A stretch of 64,000 bases of DNA from Nitrospirota bacterium. GTDB taxonomy: Bacteria; Nitrospirota; JACRHJ01. Location: NCBI GenBank assembly GCA_049801375.1, contig JBARKJ010000073.1, positions 6,597 to 70,596 of the forward strand. The letters run 5' to 3'. The translations under genes and the position numbers were made by a program. The notes beneath the pieces were generated by a model. It made no database searches. It was not told the DNA's origin and was given only the letters and a program-made list of their open reading frames with translations. Shown piece by piece: positions 8,699-22,430 of this stretch (within the stretch, counting starts at the first letter, position 1; every line of letters begins with the position of its first letter).

Positions 8699-10100
8699 TG
8701 TTGCCTCGGTGGGCTCCCCCCATTTCCTTGAATTTTTTGAAATCGAAATCGGGGCTGTTGTAGTCGTCATGGCAGCCCGTGCAGACTTTTTCTTTGACGC
8801 GGCGGAAGATATTACCTTTCCGAGTCACGTCAGCCGACTTCATATTCCCAGGTTCCATAGTTTTGCAATGGGCTCCGGCGGCTCCGTGGCAATCCTCGCA
8901 GGTTACATTCCTTAAATCATTCTTTCCGCTGTAGCCGGTCGGCATTGCATATCCGGTAACGTGGCACGGCAGGCACTCCGGGTCGTACTGGTCGCCTGTC
9001 TTCTCAAGCGCTGCGAAGGCCCTTGCATGGCCAGTGGAAGACCAGTTGACGAAAGACCTGGCATGGCATCCCTTGCATTTATCCGGCCCCGCGAAATACC
9101 CTTTCAACCCTGTTCTGTCCGTGAAAACGAATCTTTTCTCTTTCAGTTCCTTCTTGTAATCCGCTATCAGCTTCTCAACCTGCGGGTCCGGCGGAATATC
9201 CTCACCGAGACGCACCGCTTCATATTCATAGTTATTAATTTTATTTCCATTCCGCTTGTCGAGCCACAGGTCCAGTCTGCCGAGGAGCTTCCCTTTGTAG
9301 AAACCTTTCACAACCAGGATATTCCCGTATTTTGACGGCTCATTCAGGCCCTCACCGCCGTGCCCGAGTATTACAACGTCCGCACCGGATTCTTTTGCGA
9401 ATTTTTCCGGGTCGGAGACGCTCAGGTGCGCGAGGCACACCACCACGTCCGCATTTTTTCTCAAGATCTCGACCTGCCTCTTCGCGGACGCCAGCGGGTC
9501 TTTCACGCGAATATTTTTGAAAATTGACGGGAACGACGCATAGGGGAATTTATCGTCCATGACGCCGGTTATCCCTATCCTTACCCCGCCGACCTGTTTA
9601 ATTATAGAGCTTGCGAAAGCCGCGCCCGATTGACCTTCGCCGGTTGTTTCAAGGTTCGCGCATATTAATTTATTGCCTGTTTCCAGAGCCTTTTTTTTTA
9701 GGAACTCCAAGCCGAACTCAAGGTCGTACTCTCCGGGCAATAGTGCGTCGTAATTTGACTGTCTCATCGCCGCCATAAGTACGGATGCCTTTAAGTCATA
9801 GAACTCTTTCCTGTCCCTGGGGTCATCCAGGCCGTCGAAAAGGGTGTCGCCCGCGTCGAGTACGAGCGTCCTATCGTTCCTGTGCGATTTAATATAGCTC
9901 GCCCTGGAGGAGAGGCCGCCCAACTGACCGTCCGTGCACCCGCACCGCCTTATCATCCCCCGCGTATCGCTGGAAAAGAATATGGTGAGGTCTGGGCCAG
10001 CCGCCGAATGGCCGGAGGCGGGCGCAATGAAAGACAGGGCAACGACGGCAAGGCTAAGCCAGTACTTTCCCCACGATATGGGGCGCATGGTCAATTCCAT
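8688..10100 (-). CDS. Secreted fusion protein: a divergent 5'-nucleotidase/metallophosphatase-like N-terminal domain joined to a C-terminal tetraheme c-type cytochrome domain.
   Basis: Signal peptide present. Phosphoesterase-like motifs are partly degenerate: DTRG instead of DHHG, LDAGD retained, GEYDLEFG instead of GNHEFD, and GHGGE instead of GHSH. Four CxxCH motifs (CKGCH, CLPCH, CEDCH, CTGCH) in the last ~135 aa, approximately 8688..9100. Confidence 0.6.
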   Translation of the reverse strand: MELTMRPISWGKYWLSLAVVALSFIAPASGHSAAGPDLTIFFSSDTRGMIRRCGCTDGQLGGLSSRASYIKSHRNDRTLVLDAGDTLFDGLDDPRDRKEFYDLKASVLMAAMRQSNYDALLPGEYDLEFGLEFLKKKALETGNKLICANLETTGEGQSGAAFASSIIKQVGGVRIGITGVMDDKFPYASFPSIFKNIRVKDPLASAKRQVEILRKNADVVVCLAHLSVSDPEKFAKESGADVVILGHGGEGLNEPSKYGNILVVKGFYKGKLLGRLDLWLDKRNGNKINNYEYEAVRLGEDIPPDPQVEKLIADYKKELKEKRFVFTDRTGLKGYFAGPDKCKGCHARSFVNWSSTGHARAFAALEKTGDQYDPECLPCHVTGYAMPTGYSGKNDLRNVTCEDCHGAAGAHCKTMEPGNMKSADVTRKGNIFRRVKEKVCTGCHDDYNSPDFDFKKFKEMGGAHRGNIGP

Positions 10101-10968
10101 TTTCTATCAGATACCTCTCTATTCCATCGACTATCTCTACCGAAGCGGTGGGGTTTACGAAGTTAGCCGTGCCCACGGCTACCGCCGTCGCGCCTGCAAG
10201 CATGAATTCCACGGCGTCCGAGGCATTCATTATCCCGCCCATCCCGATAATGGGAAGGCCTACGGCCCTGTAAACCTGCCACACGATCCGCACCGCGACA
10301 GGACGTATCGCCGGGCCTGAGAGTCCGCCGGTAACGTTTGCGATTTTCGGTTTTCTGCTTCTTATGTCTATGGCCATCCCAAGGAGCGTGTTTATAAGCG
10401 AGAGAGCGTCCGCGCCGGCATGCGCAGCCCTGTCGGCGAAAGGCACGACGTCCGTCACATTCGGCGACAGCTTGGCTATTACCGGCAGTGACGTGGCGTT
10501 TCGCACCGCCTTTATAACGTCATACGTGCTGTCCAAATCTGTACCGAAAGCCATCCCGCCTTTCTTTACATTAGGGCAGGATATGTTCACCTCAATCGCA
10601 TGCACGCCTTTCGACTTATCAAGCCTCGCCGCGACGGCCTCGTATTCCTCTATAGTATTGCCGAAAATGTTGGCGATTACTTTGGTATCGTACTGCGCGA
10701 GGAACGGGAGCTTCTTTTCGATAAAATCATCCACGCCCACGTTCTGAAGTCCGATAGCGTTCAGCATCCCCGAAGGCGTCTCGCAGAGCCTCGGCGGCGG
10801 GTTCCCCTGGATAGGCTTAAGCGACAGGCCCTTCACGGTTATCCCGCCCAGCTTATTCAGATCTATATATTTCGAATACTCCTCGCCGTATCCGAAAGTA
10901 CCTGATGCCGTGATGACCGGGTTCTTCAGGACGAGCGGCCCGAGCTTTACTTCCAGCGACGTCTTCAT
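10054..10968 (-). CDS. pyrD: Dihydroorotate dehydrogenase catalytic subunit (class 1B).
   Basis: The N-terminus LEVKLGPLVLKNPVITASGTFGYG matches the PyrD 1B type. Followed on the same strand by pyrK. Confidence 0.9.
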   Translation of the reverse strand: MKTSLEVKLGPLVLKNPVITASGTFGYGEEYSKYIDLNKLGGITVKGLSLKPIQGNPPPRLCETPSGMLNAIGLQNVGVDDFIEKKLPFLAQYDTKVIANIFGNTIEEYEAVAARLDKSKGVHAIEVNISCPNVKKGGMAFGTDLDSTYDVIKAVRNATSLPVIAKLSPNVTDVVPFADRAAHAGADALSLINTLLGMAIDIRSRKPKIANVTGGLSGPAIRPVAVRIVWQVYRAVGLPIIGMGGIMNASDAVEFMLAGATAVAVGTANFVNPTASVEIVDGIERYLIENGIDHAPHIVGKVLA

Positions 10969-11771
10969 ATTTCAGACCACACTATATCGTCGGCGTCGAA
11001 TACCGGGCCGTCGTCGCAGACCTTCTTGTACATCACGCTCCCGTGCTCCCGGTCGAGGACACTTATCACACAGCCCATGCACGCGCCGACCCCGCAGGCC
11101 ATGTTGGACTCCATCGAGGTATAGTTCCTGATGCCGTGCTTCTTTGCCAGGGCCGCGACACTCACCAGCATCGGTTTCGGGCCACAGGAATAAATCGCCC
11201 AGCCGCCCCTGTCTTTATCCTTATGCTCTAATATATACTCGTCCAGCACCAGAGTAATGAACCCTTTTTTCGGGAGGCTGCCGTCTTCCGTGGCCGTAAA
11301 TGTTTCGATGCCCTTTTCCTTGAACTGCTCGGTCCCAAGTACGTATTCCCTGCTCCTGCCGCCGATGAACGCCACGGCGGTTACGTCCTTGCGCTCGTCG
11401 GCTATATAGTCGCCAAGACCCATCAAAGGAGCCACGCCTATCCCGCCCCCGACGATAAGCGCGTGACTCACCCCAATCGGGATGGAAAAACCCTTCCCCA
11501 GCGGCCCCAGCACATCGACTTCGTCCCCCGGAATCAAGCGGGACAAAAGCGACGTGCCCCTGCCGGCCCGCCTGTACAGGAAACGCACGGAATTGTCCGT
11601 AAGCTTCCTGTGCAGGCTGAGCGGACGGCGCAGCAGCGGGTCCATTGAGGGACCGACTTTAAGCATGAAGAACTGGCCGGGCATCGCTCCCCGGCCTACG
11701 CCTTCCGCTTCTATATCGACAAGGAAATAGCCGGAGAAAAGCTCCTCGTTCCTTTTAATCAGCGCTATCAT
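10965..11771 (-). CDS. pyrK: Dihydroorotate dehydrogenase electron-transfer subunit.
   Basis: FAD/NAD-binding ferredoxin-reductase-like fold, with a C-terminal 2Fe-2S cysteine cluster (CGVGACMGC). Overlaps pyrD by 4 nt. Confidence 0.85.
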   Translation of the reverse strand: MIALIKRNEELFSGYFLVDIEAEGVGRGAMPGQFFMLKVGPSMDPLLRRPLSLHRKLTDNSVRFLYRRAGRGTSLLSRLIPGDEVDVLGPLGKGFSIPIGVSHALIVGGGIGVAPLMGLGDYIADERKDVTAVAFIGGRSREYVLGTEQFKEKGIETFTATEDGSLPKKGFITLVLDEYILEHKDKDRGGWAIYSCGPKPMLVSVAALAKKHGIRNYTSMESNMACGVGACMGCVISVLDREHGSVMYKKVCDDGPVFDADDIVWSEI

Positions 11772-12250
11772 CAGTCCTCGAAGAATATTTCCAGTACTTC
11801 ATAGTCCACCGTACCGGCGGGAATGCGCACCGTGACTACGTCGCCGACGGCGTGGCTTATCAATGATTTTCCGACCGGGGAGAGTATCGATATCTTCCCC
11901 TCCTTCAAATCGGCCTCGTCCGTCCCGACAAGCGTATACCGCTTTTCCTCTTCCGTTTCCTGGTCGAGAAGGACGACCGTCGCGCCGAATACCACCTTCT
12001 CGTTCGTGAGCTTGCCTGTATCTATCACCTGCGAGTGCGCCAGTTTTCCCTGGATCTCCTGCATCCGGCCTTCTATAAAACCCTGACGTTCCTTGGCCGC
12101 ATGGTACTCCGCATTTTCTGAGAGGTCGCCGTGTCCCCTCGCCTCTTCTATATCGCGTACATTCTTGGGCCGCTCCACCTTGCGGAGGCGCTCCAGTTCA
12201 TCCTGGAGCTTCGCGTAGCCCTTCTTTGTCATAGGTATTTTCTCAGCCAT
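11771..12250 (-). CDS. greA: Transcription elongation factor GreA.
   Basis: 159 aa with a GreA-typical coiled-coil N-terminus and FKBP-like C-terminus (DLSENAEYHAAKE). Confidence 0.9.
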   Translation of the reverse strand: MAEKIPMTKKGYAKLQDELERLRKVERPKNVRDIEEARGHGDLSENAEYHAAKERQGFIEGRMQEIQGKLAHSQVIDTGKLTNEKVVFGATVVLLDQETEEEKRYTLVGTDEADLKEGKISILSPVGKSLISHAVGDVVTVRIPAGTVDYEVLEIFFED

Positions 12251-12279
12251 TATCTTTTACGAATCTCCTTTCGCGGTGC

Positions 12280-15486
<3,207 letters not shown>

Positions 15487-15510
15487 TAAGGTTCCTTTAT
15501 ACGTAAAACT

Positions 15511-16422
15511 TTAAACGTGCTCCTGCACCCAGCCTTCATAAAGGCCATGGCGCTCCATTAGGGTCTGCGAGGCCTCGTATTCCGTCGCCGATATCTTTCT
15601 GTTTATTTCCGGAAAATCAACCGCCTTGTAAGTCGGGAAGTATTGGTCCATAAGGCTGACGGCGATCTCCGGCGACAGCTCCTCCGCTATAAATTTCAGA
15701 GTATCCTCCGTACCGGATATCCCTTCCGGGAGGACCAGGTGCCGGATGATTATTCCTTTTTCCGCGATGCCGTCCGTATTCATCCTCAAAAGCCCCACCT
15801 GCCTGAACATCTCTTTCACCGCAGCGCGGTTGTATGCGCTGTAATTTTTCGCTTTCGAGTACTTCTTCGCGAAATCGTCGCGGGCGTACCGCATGTCCGG
15901 GAGATATATGTCCACGATTCCGTCAAGGAGCTTCAGCGCCGGGAGGACTTCATATCCGCTCGTGTTATAGACGATGGGAATGTTGAAGCCGCCCTCTATG
16001 GCGATTGGCAGCGCTTCGAGTATCCGCGGCATGTAATGCGTCGGCGTCACGAAGTTTATGTTATGCGCGCCGCGGTGCTGAAGTTCCAGCATTATACTTG
16101 CCAGGCCCGCTGCATCGTACTCTATCCCGTTCCCCTTATGGCTGATGGGCCAGTTCTGGCAGTAGGCGCACTTCATCGTGCAATGGCTGAAAAATATCGT
16201 GCCGGAACCGCGAGCGCCGGAGATTGCAGGCTCCTCGCCTGAGTGCAGGTTATATGACGCCACCTTAGCCGTCGCCCCTGCATTGCAGAAACCAAGCTGG
16301 CCCCCTAGTCTATTCACCCCGCAGTCGTTCGGGCAGAGGTCGCATTTCTCAAGGCGCGCGAGTGCCGCCTCGGCGCGGTTCTGTAATTCCTCAACCGGGA
16401 TATTCAAATAACTTGCTTTCAT
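15511..16422 (-). CDS. PflX-like radical SAM protein (COG1313; homologue of pyruvate formate-lyase activating enzymes), inserted between carA and carB.
   Basis: CxLCPNDCGVNR...GFC N-terminal cysteine motif plus the CTMKCAYCQN radical SAM CxxxCxxC motif. Confidence 0.65.
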   Translation of the reverse strand: MKASYLNIPVEELQNRAEAALARLEKCDLCPNDCGVNRLGGQLGFCNAGATAKVASYNLHSGEEPAISGARGSGTIFFSHCTMKCAYCQNWPISHKGNGIEYDAAGLASIMLELQHRGAHNINFVTPTHYMPRILEALPIAIEGGFNIPIVYNTSGYEVLPALKLLDGIVDIYLPDMRYARDDFAKKYSKAKNYSAYNRAAVKEMFRQVGLLRMNTDGIAEKGIIIRHLVLPEGISGTEDTLKFIAEELSPEIAVSLMDQYFPTYKAVDFPEINRKISATEYEASQTLMERHGLYEGWVQEHV

Positions 16423-16440
16423 AAAACCTTATAACGTCCC

Positions 16441-17574
16441 CTAATTCTTTACCTTTATTTTCTCTATCTCCATCATTGCAATAAATCGTTGGAACAAATA
16501 AGCTGAGTCATGCGGGCCGGGAGACGCTTCAGGATGGTACTGCACGGAAAATACCGGAAGCTCCTTATGGCGCATACCCTCGACAGTATTGTCGTTCAAG
16601 TTCACATGGGTCAGTTCTACCGCGCCGGGGACGGTATCCATGTCCACCGCAAAGCCGTGGTTCTGAGCGGTTATCTCCACCTTCCTGGTGCTTAAGTCCA
16701 TCACCGGCTGATTACCGCCGTGGTGGCCGAACTTCAGCTTATATGTCTTGCCCCCCAGCGCAATGCCGAGCAGTTGATGGCCCAGACATATGCCGAATAT
16801 TGGCACCTTGTCCAGCAGGCCCTTTATATTTTCCACCGCATACGTCACCGGCTCCGGGTCGCCGGGACCGTTCGACAGAAGCACTCCGTCCGGCCTGAGT
16901 TCCATTACCTCCCGCCATGTTGTAGTCGCGGGGACAACCGTAACCTTGCAGGCCAGAGTGGAAAGAATGCGGAGGATGTTCCTCTTTATCCCGAAGTCGT
17001 ACGCGACCACGTGCAGGCAGGGATTTTTGGACTCGCCGTAGCCATTCTCGATGTCCCAAGATGTCTGCTTCGCTTCGTATGGCTCAGTGCAGGAAACCAC
17101 TTTCGCCAGGTCCTGCCCGGCCATAGTCGGCCTCGCCGCGGCTTTCCTGACCAGGCTCTCCGGGTCCGTATCAACCGTCGAGATTATCCCCTGCTGCGCG
17201 CCATAGTCCCGCAGATGCTTCGTGAGCGCGCGGGTGTCTATTCCCTGTATGCCGACAATATTGTAGCTCTTGAGATAGCTGTCCAGGCTCCCCTGGCTTC
17301 TCCAGTTGCTGGGGTACAGGCTTGCTTCTTTTACTATAAAGCCCTCCGCCCAGGGTCTGCCCGATTCGATGTCTTCTGCGTTCACGCCATAGTTTCCGAT
17401 CAAGGGGTAGGTCATGGTAACCATCTGCCCCTTGTATGACGGGTCGGTCAGTATCTCCTGATAGCCGGACATGGAGGTATTGAAGACTATCTCGCCTCCC
17501 GCCTCGCCGTCCGCGCCGAAAGAGACGCCCTCGTACCAGGCGCCGTCGGCAAGGGCCAGGACTGCCTTCTTCAT
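16441..17574 (-). CDS. carA: Carbamoyl-phosphate synthase small (glutamine amidotransferase) subunit.
   Basis: 377 aa. CarA N-terminal domain plus a class I GATase with the GICLGHQLL catalytic Cys. Confidence 0.95.
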   Translation of the reverse strand: MKKAVLALADGAWYEGVSFGADGEAGGEIVFNTSMSGYQEILTDPSYKGQMVTMTYPLIGNYGVNAEDIESGRPWAEGFIVKEASLYPSNWRSQGSLDSYLKSYNIVGIQGIDTRALTKHLRDYGAQQGIISTVDTDPESLVRKAAARPTMAGQDLAKVVSCTEPYEAKQTSWDIENGYGESKNPCLHVVAYDFGIKRNILRILSTLACKVTVVPATTTWREVMELRPDGVLLSNGPGDPEPVTYAVENIKGLLDKVPIFGICLGHQLLGIALGGKTYKLKFGHHGGNQPVMDLSTRKVEITAQNHGFAVDMDTVPGAVELTHVNLNDNTVEGMRHKELPVFSVQYHPEASPGPHDSAYLFQRFIAMMEIEKIKVKN

Positions 17575-18518
17575 ATTGAATTTCCTTTTTCTTTTTTGCT
17601 TATGATGAAATGGTCCCGGATATTCCCGTTTACATCTATTACCTTGAACTCCGCCTTGTCTTCACCGACCGTCCCGATGACGTAGTGATGGAAACCGCCG
17701 TGTGCGTCGGTCGCATAAAGCGGCGCGCCGCCGCCGCCCGTGATGACGTGAGTAACGCCGCATATCTCCTGCCTGTGGTACAGGTGCTCGTGCCCCGCGA
17801 ATACGATATCCACGCCGTATTTTTGGAAGAGCGCCTGGAGGCGGTCCCTCTTGTCTCTATACTTGCTCATGCAGGCGACGATGTGCAACCACTTGGCCGG
17901 ATAGAGCGGGCGGTGCAGGAAGACGAACTTGAACTTACTGTCCGAGTTCTTCAACTGGTCTTTCAGCCATTTGTACTGCTCCCCGACGATCTTCGCATGC
18001 ATCCCGGTCTCTTCCGAGTCCAGCACGACAATCAGCGCGTTACCGGCGGTGAAAGAGTAGTAAAGGTCGTTCCCGGGATTAGTAGCGCATTGCTTGTAGG
18101 CCTTTTCAGTGACCTTGTTGCCTATCTCATGGTTGCCGGGCGTGAGGAAATACGGCATGGTCAGCGGCTTCGAAAGCGTCGCGAACTCGTCCCACTCGCT
18201 GCGGTCTCCGCCTTCCATAATCACGTCGCCCGTGTTCATGACAAACGCCGGGGCGTCCTTTGCAATCATGGACACCAGTTTTTTATATGTCTCTTGGCCG
18301 CTCCTGTTATCCCCTATGACGGCGAAAGTGAACGGGTTTTTCAGGTCCTTCAACCCGCAGGCATTCTGGTTTCTAATATGGATCGGGGGCTTATCCGGGG
18401 CCGAAGGGACCGTCTGAATTGAAAATGGGGAAATTCCCAGGAACCCGGCGACAATTAAAGGCAGGACTACAAATTTAAAGCTTAACAGCAATTTTTTTAC
18501 CCTCATGGATTGTTTCAA
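17571..18518 (-). CDS. Secreted or membrane-anchored calcineurin-like metallophosphoesterase, inside the pyr/car operon.
   Basis: N-terminal hydrophobic segment. Canonical motifs [20 protein letters not shown] and AGHEH. Overlaps carA by 4 nt. Confidence 0.7.
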   Translation of the reverse strand: MKQSMRVKKLLLSFKFVVLPLIVAGFLGISPFSIQTVPSAPDKPPIHIRNQNACGLKDLKNPFTFAVIGDNRSGQETYKKLVSMIAKDAPAFVMNTGDVIMEGGDRSEWDEFATLSKPLTMPYFLTPGNHEIGNKVTEKAYKQCATNPGNDLYYSFTAGNALIVVLDSEETGMHAKIVGEQYKWLKDQLKNSDSKFKFVFLHRPLYPAKWLHIVACMSKYRDKRDRLQALFQKYGVDIVFAGHEHLYHRQEICGVTHVITGGGGAPLYATDAHGGFHHYVIGTVGEDKAEFKVIDVNGNIRDHFIISKKEKGNSI

Positions 18519-19764
18519 CAGGCCATCCTTTCAGGACAAGTCCCGAAAAGGCAGTGTTCTTTCCCTTGCTTATCAAGGCTTCCGGACGGACAGTCTTTTC
18601 CGTTTCCGGGTCTATCAGGACTATATCCGCTATCGATCCGGGCGACAGCGACGGCAGGGCCAGGCCCAGTGCGCGGGCCGGGTTTATGGTGAGCTTCTTA
18701 AACAGTTCAACCATCGGGATCAGACCGGAATTCGCAAGGGCCATTGACAGGGGCAGGGCGGTTTCCAGCCCTGAAATCCCGAAAGGGGCAAGGTCGAACT
18801 CCACGTCCTTCTCGGATGCCGCGTGCGGCGCGTGGTCTGTCGCTATGACGTCTATCGTGCCGTCTGAAAGTCCCCCGATTATAGCCTTCCTGTCCGTCTC
18901 CGTACGAAGGGGGGGGTTAACCTTGAGGTAGGTATTATATGACATAACTCCTTCATCGGTCAAGGTAAAATAGTGCGGACAGGTTTCGGCGGTGACATTA
19001 ATGCCATCCGCCTTCGCCCGGCGTATCAGCTCGACGGAACCGGCCGTCGAAACATGCGCTATATGGACTCTTCCGCCGGTCAATTTTGCCAGGGAAATCT
19101 CCCTTGCGACCATCACTTCCTCCGCCGCAGCCGGTATCCCCCTGAGGCCCAGGCGGGTGGAGACCGCGCCTTCGTTCATCACCCCTCCGGCGGAAAGATT
19201 CGGCTCTTCGCAGTGCGATATTATCGTCCTGTCGAAGGTTTTTGCATATTCCAGCGCATGCCGCATCATCTCCGCGTTGGCCACGGGCTTTCCGTCGTCT
19301 GAGAAGCCCACGCAGCCGGCCTCGGCCATCTCCCCCATCTCGGCAAGTTCCAGGCCCATCGAGCCCTTGGTTATCGCCCCGATTGGCAATACCTTGCAAA
19401 ACCCTGCCTTCCTGGCCTGCGCCATTATGAATTCAGTGACGGAGCGGCTGTCGTTTACTGGGTTGGTATTCGGCATGCAACAGATGGTGGTAAACCCGCC
19501 CGCCGCCGCGGCGCGTGTCCCGGAGGCAATGTCTTCCTTGTACTCGAACCCCGGCTCCCGGAGATGGCAATGCATGTCGATCAGCCCCGGCGCGACTATC
19601 TTGCCAGCGGCGTCGATAACCTCCGCGCCGTTTTGTTTGTCATTTGATTTTTTGGCGTTTTTCGGCGGCTCGACTATTTTATCGCCTTCGATATAAATAT
19701 CGAGAATCCCGTCTATTCCGTTAGCCGGATCGATTACCCTGCCGCCTTTGATTATCAATGTCAT
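18475..19764 (-). CDS. pyrC: Dihydroorotase.
   Basis: The DHOase begins [13 protein letters not shown] at ATG 19764, which overlaps the pyrB stop (ATGA). The 133-aa Arg/Gly-rich N-terminal extension in the track ORF is rejected. Confidence 0.9.
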   Translation of the reverse strand: MTLIIKGGRVIDPANGIDGILDIYIEGDKIVEPPKNAKKSNDKQNGAEVIDAAGKIVAPGLIDMHCHLREPGFEYKEDIASGTRAAAAGGFTTICCMPNTNPVNDSRSVTEFIMAQARKAGFCKVLPIGAITKGSMGLELAEMGEMAEAGCVGFSDDGKPVANAEMMRHALEYAKTFDRTIISHCEEPNLSAGGVMNEGAVSTRLGLRGIPAAAEEVMVAREISLAKLTGGRVHIAHVSTAGSVELIRRAKADGINVTAETCPHYFTLTDEGVMSYNTYLKVNPPLRTETDRKAIIGGLSDGTIDVIATDHAPHAASEKDVEFDLAPFGISGLETALPLSMALANSGLIPMVELFKKLTINPARALGLALPSLSPGSIADIVLIDPETEKTVRPEALISKGKNTAFSGLVLKGWPVETIHEGKKIAVKL

Positions 19765-20690
19765 GCTGCTCCCCTCCCCTCTGTCAGGAGGTAAATTACG
19801 GCCATCCTTACGGCCACTCCGTTCGTTACCTGGTCCAGAATAACTGAATATGGCCCGTCCGCCACCTCCGGCGATATCTCCACCCCCCGGTTTATGGGTC
19901 CGGGGTGCATTATCAAAACTCCTTCCTTCGCAAGCCGCACACGCTCCTGATTCAAACCGAAGAAGCGGGAATACTCCCTGACGCCGGGGAAAAGGCCCCG
20001 CTCCTGCCGTTCCATCTGTATCCGAAGCATCATTACGGCGTCCGCGCCGTCGATTGCGTCTTCCGGCCTGAAATAAACCTTTGCACCCATTTTCTCGACT
20101 TCCGCTGGCATAAGGGTTGCCGGGCCGCATACTCGGACTTCCGCGCCCATCTTGGTAAGACACAATATATTCGAGCGGGCGACCCTGCTGTGAGCGATGT
20201 CGCCGATTATAGCGATTTTAAGTCCTTCCACTTTTCCCAGCCGCTCTTTTATAGTGAAGAGGTCAAGAAGCGCCTGGGTAGGATGCTCGTGAAAACCGTC
20301 CCCCGCGTTTATTACCGAGCTTTTAAGGGCCTTGGCGAGTATCTCCGGCGCGCCGGACATAGAGTGCCGGACTATTATGACGTCCGAGTTCATAGCTTCG
20401 ATATTTCGCGCGGTGTCGAGCAATGTCTCGCCCTTTACGACGCTGCTTGTTGAAGAGGAAATATTTATGATGTCCGCCGAGAGCCTTTTCGCCGCCAGTT
20501 CGAAAGAAGTGCGCGTCCTTGTGGAGGGTTCGAAGAAAAGGTTAACAATAGTCCTGCCGCGAAGGGCCGGGACCTTTTTAATATCCCTGGTGGAGACCTC
20601 CTTGAAAGACTCCGCCGTAGAGATAATCTCCTCTATCTCCTCCCTTTCCAGGTAATCAATCCCAAGCAGGTCTTTGCTTTTCAGGGCCAT
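19761..20690 (-). CDS. pyrB: Aspartate carbamoyltransferase catalytic subunit.
   Basis: STRTR and HPxQ motifs. 309 aa. Confidence 0.95.
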   Translation of the reverse strand: MALKSKDLLGIDYLEREEIEEIISTAESFKEVSTRDIKKVPALRGRTIVNLFFEPSTRTRTSFELAAKRLSADIINISSSTSSVVKGETLLDTARNIEAMNSDVIIVRHSMSGAPEILAKALKSSVINAGDGFHEHPTQALLDLFTIKERLGKVEGLKIAIIGDIAHSRVARSNILCLTKMGAEVRVCGPATLMPAEVEKMGAKVYFRPEDAIDGADAVMMLRIQMERQERGLFPGVREYSRFFGLNQERVRLAKEGVLIMHPGPINRGVEISPEVADGPYSVILDQVTNGVAVRMAVIYLLTEGRGAA

Positions 20691-20694
20691 CGGC

Positions 20695-21246
<552 letters not shown>

Positions 21247-21264
21247 TTACCTCTGGATGAAGGC

Positions 21265-21372
21265 AAAAAAAAAGCCTCCTCGCATTTTCCGAGGATGCCC
21301 TGTATGTTTAGCCACAACTTGTCCCTATACATTCCCGCCCCCTTCTTAGCCTCGCCGGGCTACGTTAAAAGG
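21265..21372 (-). promoter_or_regulatory. PyrR-dependent transcription attenuator in the pyrR leader: a PyrR-binding loop followed by an intrinsic terminator.
   Basis: The minus-strand RNA contains CCUUuuaacguaGCCCGGCGAGGCUaAGAAGG, a close match to the PyrR binding-loop consensus (UCCaGaGAGGCUgAGAAGG closed by a CCUU/AAGG stem). Downstream is a hairpin uCCUCGgaaaaugCGAGGa followed by U9 (plus coordinates 21265..21298), then the SD and the pyrR start. Confidence 0.7.
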
Positions 21373-21406
21373 TCGGGTGTGAGATTAACTCATCCCTGGC
21401 GGGATG

Positions 21407-21781
21407 TCAAGGCAAATCATTTCCCTTTTTATGGTTTGACACGTCTATGGAAAACAGGAAATCCCTCTTTATCCCATAGCCGTAGTCCACTTCGTCGGTC
21501 CAGGAAACCTTTATTTCTACGCTTCCGTTGTCCTTGCGGATAATATCGATATCGTCTTTCGTTATCGGGAGCCCCAGGTCATTTATCTTGTTCATCAGGT
21601 CCCCGATAATTATATCGTCATCGTTTATGCTGGAGAGGTTGAGCTGCTGGGTGACTTCGTCCTCCAAGGAATAATAATGCATATACGACGGGACGGTCTT
21701 TACAAGGACATAGACTGCCAGAGTCCCTACGAGAATATAAAGTAATATCGCGGCCTTACCGCCGCCACGGATATCTGTCAT
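21407..21781 (-). CDS. Small membrane-anchored protein of unknown function.
   Basis: 124 aa. One N-terminal TM helix, acidic C-terminal domain. Located between lepB and the pyr leader. Confidence 0.45.
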   Translation of the reverse strand: MTDIRGGGKAAILLYILVGTLAVYVLVKTVPSYMHYYSLEDEVTQQLNLSSINDDDIIIGDLMNKINDLGLPITKDDIDIIRKDNGSVEIKVSWTDEVDYGYGIKRDFLFSIDVSNHKKGNDLP

Positions 21782-22396
21782 CTATTTCACGATGCGGCCG
21801 ATCCTATTCCATTGGACCGAGTTGTCGTCAGCGTCCCAGGACCAGTAGAGGATCATTGCCTTGCCGATTATTTTGCTCTCGTCTACAAATCCCCAGAACC
21901 TGCTGTCGTGGCTCCTGTCGCGGTTGTCGCCCATCATGAAATATTTGTGGGGCGGCACATAAATCGGCCCGAAGTTATCCCTCGCCTCCATGCTCCTCGG
22001 CAGAATCTCGTTATCGCGATATACGGTGTAAGGCTCCGGTATGGGATTACCATTTATATATACCTTCTTGGAAATGATCTGTACTACATCTCCGGGGGTG
22101 CCGATTACCCTTTTTATGAAATCTTTCGTCTCGTCCTCCGGATATTTAAAGACGATTATATCTCCCCTCTTCGGGTCACGGATCTTCATAAGTATAGTGT
22201 TCGTCAAAGGGATGTGCGTACCGTAAAGGAACTTGTTTACGAGCAGGTGGTCTCCCACCAGCAGAGTGTTTTTCATCGATCCGGACGGTATCTTGAACGC
22301 CTGCACGACGAAGGTCCTTATGAAAAGCGCGAGGACCGCCGCTATTATAATGGCCTCGGCATACTCGCGGAATACCGATTTATTTTTAGCTGCCAA
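21782..22396 (-). CDS. lepB: Signal peptidase I.
   Basis: SGSMKNTL (catalytic Ser) and the GDNRDRSHDSRFWG box. Confidence 0.9.
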   Translation of the reverse strand: MAAKNKSVFREYAEAIIIAAVLALFIRTFVVQAFKIPSGSMKNTLLVGDHLLVNKFLYGTHIPLTNTILMKIRDPKRGDIIVFKYPEDETKDFIKRVIGTPGDVVQIISKKVYINGNPIPEPYTVYRDNEILPRSMEARDNFGPIYVPPHKYFMMGDNRDRSHDSRFWGFVDESKIIGKAMILYWSWDADDNSVQWNRIGRIVK

Positions 22397-22430
22397 TGGA
22401 AAACCTCCGGTTTTATTTATCGGTTATTTA

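Noticed and set aside
19765-20163. 133-aa N-terminal extension of the pyrC track ORF.
   Set aside because: Arg/Gly-rich and overlaps the pyrB coding region in another frame. The conserved dihydroorotase N-terminus ([13 protein letters not shown]) begins at ATG 19764, which overlaps the pyrB stop (ATGA).
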